From Escherichia coli (lineage in GTDB: Bacteria > Pseudomonadota > Gammaproteobacteria > Enterobacterales > Enterobacteriaceae), in assembly GCA_031701365.1 (NCBI GenBank), contig GCA_031701365.1_4118.1: 64,000 nucleotides of DNA, one strand, 5' to 3'. The stretch's first letter is position 1; every line of letters begins with the position of its first letter. Position numbers and translations under genes: made by a program. This document shows positions 59,259 to 64,000 of this stretch, piece by piece. The notes beneath the pieces were generated by a model, which saw nothing but the letters and a program-made list of their open reading frames with translations, was not told the DNA's origin and made no database searches.

Positions 59259-60029
59259 ATGACCAGAGAAGCACGCAGCATTCAAATCCAGAAAAACTTC
59301 AACTCCATGATGGTTGCTCTTGAGTGTTTGCTCGATGATAGCAGTACTGTAAAAAGTATGGTTGTCAGTGGTGCTCCTGGTGTTGGTAAGACTTACACCT
59401 TGTCCCAACGTCTCCAGAAGGCTCATGACGCAGCAGAATGGAACGTAGCTACTATCAGTGGTAAGATGACTACACTGGCTCTGTACGAAGTTCTGTACAA
59501 GAATCGTCACAGCACCAACGTATTAGTACTTGATGATATGGATAGCATCTTTGAATCAGAAGATGGTATGAACCTACTCAAAGCTGTTTTGGATAGTGGT
59601 AAGCGTACTGTATCTTATATGACTAGCTCTAAGTACTTGAGCACTAACGGCATTCCTAATAGCTTTGATTTTAATGGTCGCATCGTATTCATTACTAACA
59701 AAGATTTAGCGTTAGATGCTAAAGCTAAAACTAAAATGTCTGCTCATTATGCTGCTCTTATGTCTCGTTCTGTGTACGTGGATTTACAGATTCAGACTAA
59801 AAGTGATATCATGATTCATATTGAAAATGTAATGACTAAGACTAATATCCTTGCATCTAAAGGTGTTAACAGTAACGGTAGTAAAGCAATTCTGAACTGG
59901 ATGTTAAAACATGAAGATAATCTTCGTGCACCATCCCTGCGTATGCCTTTGTTGATTTCAGCAGTATATAACAACAATCCGTATGATTGGGAAGAACAAT
60001 GTGAAAACTTGTTCCTTGAGAAAATCTAA
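59259..60029 (+). CDS. P-loop NTPase (AAA-like ATPase)
   Basis: Walker A 'SGAPGVGKT', Walker B 'VLVLDDMD'. Confidence 0.65.
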   Translation: MTREARSIQIQKNFNSMMVALECLLDDSSTVKSMVVSGAPGVGKTYTLSQRLQKAHDAAEWNVATISGKMTTLALYEVLYKNRHSTNVLVLDDMDSIFESEDGMNLLKAVLDSGKRTVSYMTSSKYLSTNGIPNSFDFNGRIVFITNKDLALDAKAKTKMSAHYAALMSRSVYVDLQIQTKSDIMIHIENVMTKTNILASKGVNSNGSKAILNWMLKHEDNLRAPSLRMPLLISAVYNNNPYDWEEQCENLFLEKI

Positions 60030-60038
60030 TTACATATG

Positions 60039-60070
60039 TTGACAGTACTACCATCGTGTAGTACTATAAT
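60039..60070 (+). promoter_or_regulatory. AGTACT-containing promoter (TTGACA ... TACTATAAT)
   Basis: 'gttgacagtactaccatcgtgtagtactataatggg'; exact -10 ambiguous. Confidence 0.45.
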
Positions 60071-60096
60071 GGGAGTATAATCTGCGGAGAAGAAAT

Positions 60097-60438
60097 ATGC
60101 TTGAGTTTTTTAATTCAGATACAATGCTTGGTATCACGCTAATTTACATGTTTGTATTTTTGTGTTATCATTCAATTGTAATTAGTCTGTGGTATTTTAA
60201 AAGGAAAATTGTTTTTAAATTGTATTCGGATGATAATGTAGTCTTAGTTTTATATAGTATTATCCAAGGTGGGTTTATTTTATTTGGTGTGATGACATAT
60301 GCGATTTACATGTTACAAATTGATAATACACCACACATTACACAATATCTTGTGTTTTCAGGTCTAATCGTGTGGTTATTGGTGTGTACTATGTATTTTA
60401 TTATTAAAGCTCGTGATAACTTTAAATGGGGATTCTAA
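60097..60438 (+). CDS. small 3-TM membrane protein family, member D
   Basis: 'MLEFFNSDTMLGITLIYMFVFLCYH...WYFKRKIVFKLY'. Confidence 0.6.
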   Translation: MLEFFNSDTMLGITLIYMFVFLCYHSIVISLWYFKRKIVFKLYSDDNVVLVLYSIIQGGFILFGVMTYAIYMLQIDNTPHITQYLVFSGLIVWLLVCTMYFIIKARDNFKWGF

Positions 60439-60776
60439 TGTTAGAATTTTTTAAATCAGATACAATGATTAGTATTACTTTGATTTATCTTTTTGGTTTT
60501 TTCTTTTATCATGCACTGGTTGTAGTACTATGGTATTTTAAAAAGAAAATTGTTTTTAAACTGTATCCAGTGAGGAATTCATCACTAGTTCTTTACACAC
60601 TTGTTCAAGGTTTGTTTGCAATTGTTGGTCTTATGGCACACTTAATTTATTGTGCTAATCCTCACTTGAACTCAATCTCACAATATATTGTATTCTTTGG
60701 GTTGTTCATTTGGTTAGTTGTATACTTAATCCATCTCATTATTCATGGTAGAGATAAAATTCGCGGAGACTTCTAA
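60438..60776 (+). CDS. small 3-TM membrane protein family, member E
   Basis: 'MLEFFKSDTMISITLIYLFGFFFYH...WYFKKKIVFKLY'; close paralog of D. Confidence 0.6.
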   Translation: MLEFFKSDTMISITLIYLFGFFFYHALVVVLWYFKKKIVFKLYPVRNSSLVLYTLVQGLFAIVGLMAHLIYCANPHLNSISQYIVFFGLFIWLVVYLIHLIIHGRDKIRGDF

Positions 60777-61123
60777 TGTTTGAAGCTTATCTTGAGTTTT
60801 TAAGGAGTAGTCCAGTTGCACATTCACTTGCAGGGATTATTCTAACAACTTATGTATCATTTTGGGTAGTTATGTTTCTAGGATGGTATTTTAAACGACA
60901 ATTCTATAAACGTAATGGTGAAGATTTTATGAATTCTGCCATTAATCAATCGTTGTTTGCATCAACATTGATTGCATGTATTGTAGCAACACTCACAGGA
61001 AAGGTACTACCAGCTTTTTCCGCAGTTTACGGCACACTTGGGATGATATGTTTAACTTTTATATTGACCATTAAAATTTGTTGTGTTATGATTGAACTTC
61101 GAAATAAGATACCGGAGGAATGA
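60776..61123 (+). CDS. small 3-TM membrane protein family, member F
   Basis: 'WYFKRQFYKRN'; C-terminal 'RNKIPEE'. Confidence 0.6.
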   Translation: MFEAYLEFLRSSPVAHSLAGIILTTYVSFWVVMFLGWYFKRQFYKRNGEDFMNSAINQSLFASTLIACIVATLTGKVLPAFSAVYGTLGMICLTFILTIKICCVMIELRNKIPEE

Positions 61124-61458
61124 TGGAGTACTTTATTGATTTACTTCCGTGGTATATGAAAGTTAGTACCATGTACTATATTATTAGTGCTGGATTCTAC
61201 TTTCTGATGTGGTTCTTTAAACGACCAATTTCAGTATTCATCGCTGATAACATGCTGCAATTAAAATTACATGTATGGTTCTTGGCTTCTATGATTATGC
61301 CAACTATTCACTACTCGCTAATTAGTAGAGGGTTTCGTTCTAATGGTGAACCTGTAGTGCTTGTATTCTATTGGGTTTCAACTATAGTATATATTGGACT
61401 TTTTTTGTTGCCAGTGGTTCATAAATTACGTTCTAAAGTTCCTGATGCGAGGTACTAA
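61120..61458 (+). CDS. small 3-TM membrane protein family, member G
   Basis: 'WFFKRPISVF'; C-terminal 'RSKVPDARY'. Confidence 0.6.
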   Translation: MMEYFIDLLPWYMKVSTMYYIISAGFYFLMWFFKRPISVFIADNMLQLKLHVWFLASMIMPTIHYSLISRGFRSNGEPVVLVFYWVSTIVYIGLFLLPVVHKLRSKVPDARY

Positions 61459-61772
61459 TGGATATAGTAACATTGATTTACACGTTGTATTCATTCTATT
61501 TCATTATGTGTTGGGTTGGATTTTTATTTGTACTCAAGATGTTTGATTATGTTGAAAAACAGATAAAAGAATTTTGTATTCCTTTTATCGGTTCAACCAT
61601 TATTAGTGTTTCTTGTGTGTATTTTTTGGTTTTTGATCCACCAGATAACACTGCAATGATTGACTTGATGTTACTACCAACAACTGTTACTTTTTTATGT
61701 AGTCTGATGCCGCCGATTAGCCGTGGACTAACAGAATTTAGACGCAATCAAAAGCGTAAACGAGGGATGTAA
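61458..61772 (+). CDS. small membrane protein family, member H
   Basis: 104 aa; basic C-terminal tail. Confidence 0.55.
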   Translation: MDIVTLIYTLYSFYFIMCWVGFLFVLKMFDYVEKQIKEFCIPFIGSTIISVSCVYFLVFDPPDNTAMIDLMLLPTTVTFLCSLMPPISRGLTEFRRNQKRKRGM

Positions 61773-62140
61773 TGGAAATTGCTCTTATTATCTTAACTGC
61801 TATGTTGTTTATTAGTACTGTGGTTATAATTGGTAAATTCTTTTGTGTATCATTTTTAGAAACGGTATACGATGAAATTGCTGATGATTATGAACTACAA
61901 GCCGGATTTTTCATTACGTATTGGCTTAGTTTATTTTGTCTAGTCATTGCTTGGATTTTACATATCTTTAAATGGGGTATGGTAGACGGTGATCCTATTA
62001 TGGCAATTATTGTTCTAGTGTTTGGTATCCTTGGTGGTGCAGTGCATAATCTAATGGTTATCTGGCAAACTGTTCAATATGTTTTGGTTCCCTATTTCGA
62101 AAAGATGCACAGTACAATTAAAAAACGTAAACGAGGTTAG
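61772..62140 (+). CDS. small membrane protein family, member I
   Basis: 122 aa; basic tail 'KKRKRG'. Confidence 0.55.
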   Translation: MEIALIILTAMLFISTVVIIGKFFCVSFLETVYDEIADDYELQAGFFITYWLSLFCLVIAWILHIFKWGMVDGDPIMAIIVLVFGILGGAVHNLMVIWQTVQYVLVPYFEKMHSTIKKRKRG

Positions 62141-62141
62141 T

Positions 62142-62504
62142 ATGAACGGGATAGAATTATCTTTCGTTGGTCAATTACTAGTAATGGCGTATACATTTAT
62201 ATTCTCACTGAATGCATTCGTGTGCATTGGGAAGTACTTCCATAAGCGACCATTATCAAATATATATGATGTAATCCAAAAGAGATATAGTCCAGCATAT
62301 ACTGTGTTGGGTACAGTATTCAATTTTGGTTTTATTGTATTAATAATTGGACTGTTCACATCATCTTTGAATACAATAACCTTCGGTCTTATGATATGTT
62401 CATTGGTATTAGCAGTAATTATATGTTGTTTAGTACTGCACCTTGTGGTACTATTGTATATAAAGATCTCTGAAATCCACCAACGTTTGGGTATGAGGAA
62501 ATAA
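62142..62504 (+). CDS. small membrane protein family, member J
   Basis: ATG 62142; 'GKYFHKRP' after TM1. Confidence 0.55.
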   Translation: MNGIELSFVGQLLVMAYTFIFSLNAFVCIGKYFHKRPLSNIYDVIQKRYSPAYTVLGTVFNFGFIVLIIGLFTSSLNTITFGLMICSLVLAVIICCLVLHLVVLLYIKISEIHQRLGMRK

Positions 62505-62505
62505 T

Positions 62506-62877
62506 ATGAGTTACCGTGAGATATTTTCCATTATTTCAATTATTATGTTCAGTACTGGAACACTGGTATGGTTATTATACTTCTTCTGTATTAATCCAGT
62601 GTATAATATGTTATGTAATATTAAATCAAGTGCCGGATATATCACTTTTATGGTCTTTATGGGATATTATTGTCTAAGCATTTTAGGTGTTGTTTTGGTT
62701 GTTATATTTGATGTGGGACCAAATAGTGATGGTATGGAAATACATGAATTAATAACCATGTTTGGATGTATGATACCAACAGCACTACTGTTTGTAGCTA
62801 CTGGTAGTGGATTGATAAAATTATATAATTATTTAAAATCCATTCATAATTCCATTCATAATAAGCGTATGTCATAA
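62506..62877 (+). CDS. small membrane protein family, member K
   Basis: 123 aa; 3 TM; basic tail. Confidence 0.55.
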   Translation: MSYREIFSIISIIMFSTGTLVWLLYFFCINPVYNMLCNIKSSAGYITFMVFMGYYCLSILGVVLVVIFDVGPNSDGMEIHELITMFGCMIPTALLFVATGSGLIKLYNYLKSIHNSIHNKRMS

Positions 62878-62918
62878 TAAAAATCCAGTACTATTAAGTA
62901 CTGGATGTATAAGGAGTT

Positions 62919-63581
62919 ATGATGAAATCAAAATTAGGTTTGTTTTATAAAAACTATTTTGTTAAACAACGTAAATTTATAAAAAAATATTTCTCTGGCG
63001 AGAAGTCTAGTCCTATAATCTTTAAAAGACCAAGTTATAATACTTACTTAGCTGGTGCTAAACAGTCTAAGAAATTTATTACTCTTTTACATAAAAACAA
63101 AATTAAAGCTTCTTATGTTGAAACGAGAAGAAACTCATCAATAACTCCTGGTGATTTTATTGAGTACGGATGTTTCAATATTAAGTACAATGATAATACA
63201 TACTTTATGGATATTGATTGTAATACATCCAATCTTTTTAACATTGTAGTAAATCCATTAAAACAATATAATGTTTATGGTGATTCTATTATCAAATTAA
63301 TCAAAAACAAAGATAGCTTTGATTTTGAAATAAATGTTTTAGATGATAATTTTGACGAAGTACCAGTAAACCCTGAAATCTGTGATATTTTAAACAGTTT
63401 AAAAGGTAGTACCTACAATATATCATCTGATTTAATGTTTCAGTACTCATTAATCCATAAAGATATTGAAAAGTATATTGAATGCTCCAAAATTTTGAAT
63501 TATCTTTACGATGAATTTAAAAAGAGTTCTAAAATAACCGCATACACTTTGTACAATATTCCTAAAATGGTGAATCTTTGA
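62919..63581 (+). CDS. hypothetical protein (AT-rich)
   Basis: 220 aa; preceded by AGTACT palindromic hairpin 62883-62910. Confidence 0.5.
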   Translation: MMKSKLGLFYKNYFVKQRKFIKKYFSGEKSSPIIFKRPSYNTYLAGAKQSKKFITLLHKNKIKASYVETRRNSSITPGDFIEYGCFNIKYNDNTYFMDIDCNTSNLFNIVVNPLKQYNVYGDSIIKLIKNKDSFDFEINVLDDNFDEVPVNPEICDILNSLKGSTYNISSDLMFQYSLIHKDIEKYIECSKILNYLYDEFKKSSKITAYTLYNIPKMVNL

Positions 63582-64000
63582 CAAATACAGTACTGGCAAC
63601 TCCACCGTCTGTAATATATTGTCCAGTACTGTAAATTTGTATACCATCGGTTAAGTAAGTTCTGTATAAAGTTGCTGTAACATATACGTTATTCATATTC
63701 ATCTCTATTGGTAGTACACATTTGGTATAGGCTGAGACATCTGTTTGTGTACCTATACCTAATTGACCTGCGTTATCGCCTGTGTTATAACCAGTTGCGT
63801 AAACACCTAATGAAGTTATAATATGATTAGAAAAATATGAATAACCCACACTGCTTCTTATTATATCACCTGGTGCTTGTGTTGTTTGTCTTAACGAAAT
63901 ATATGTTTGTGATGTAGAACCATTTGCTAACTGACCAAAGTATTGTCCACCACCATGATATGCAAATAATTTATTAGTACTATTATTATTTGCTATAGCA
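63562..64000 (-). CDS. tail-fibre/adhesin-like late protein, C-terminal part (partial; 5' end beyond window)
   Basis: Minus-strand frame open from 63562 to the window edge; G/Y/T/S-rich ('GGGQYFGQLANGSTSQTYISL...GYNTGDNAGQLGIGTQTD'); convergent with plus-strand genes. Confidence 0.5.
   Translation of the reverse strand, partial: AIANNNSTNKLFAYHGGGQYFGQLANGSTSQTYISLRQTTQAPGDIIRSSVGYSYFSNHIITSLGVYATGYNTGDNAGQLGIGTQTDVSAYTKCVLPIEMNMNNVYVTATLYRTYLTDGIQIYSTGQYITDGGVASTVFVKDSPF

Overview
This AT-rich 64-kb window reads as the early/accessory ('hyperplastic') region of a large T4-type virulent phage of a Gram-negative host. The anchor is an unmistakable T4 endonuclease V (denV) homolog, supported by a tRNA cluster, dense small plus-strand ORFs with overlapping stops and starts, and sigma70-type promoters. 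Recognisable genes are few: denV, a DEDD-type 3'-5' exonuclease (DexA-like), an orphan C5-cytosine methyltransferase, a sigma-70-family sigma factor, an HNH endonuclease, a P-loop ATPase, two kinase-like ORFs, six tRNAs (Gly, Ser-TGA, Ser-GCT, Met/Ile-CAT, Asn, Thr) plus one aberrant tRNA-like element, and a tail-fibre-like late gene fragment on the minus strand at the 3' edge. Most of the window is unannotatable small ORFs, but these fall into striking multigene families: (i) at least 22 paralogous ~100-180-aa proteins sharing a C-terminal 'EE-x-[FY]-[FLM]-Q-x-S-[TL]-[VI]' module; (ii) 11 tandem small three-helix membrane proteins in two arrays; (iii) three secreted two-cysteine proteins; (iv) four 'MTHEEW' mini-ORFs interleaved with tRNAs. 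Regulatory structure is equally distinctive: eight near-identical hairpin-plus-promoter cassettes (GGTTGACTTCGGTCAGCC...TATAAT) between 45 and 59 kb, a promoter class with CAGTACTG in the spacer, and strong genome-wide enrichment of the palindrome AGTACT. Three ORF-free islands are candidate structured RNAs. All calls are from reading the sequence and the ORF track; no database search was run.
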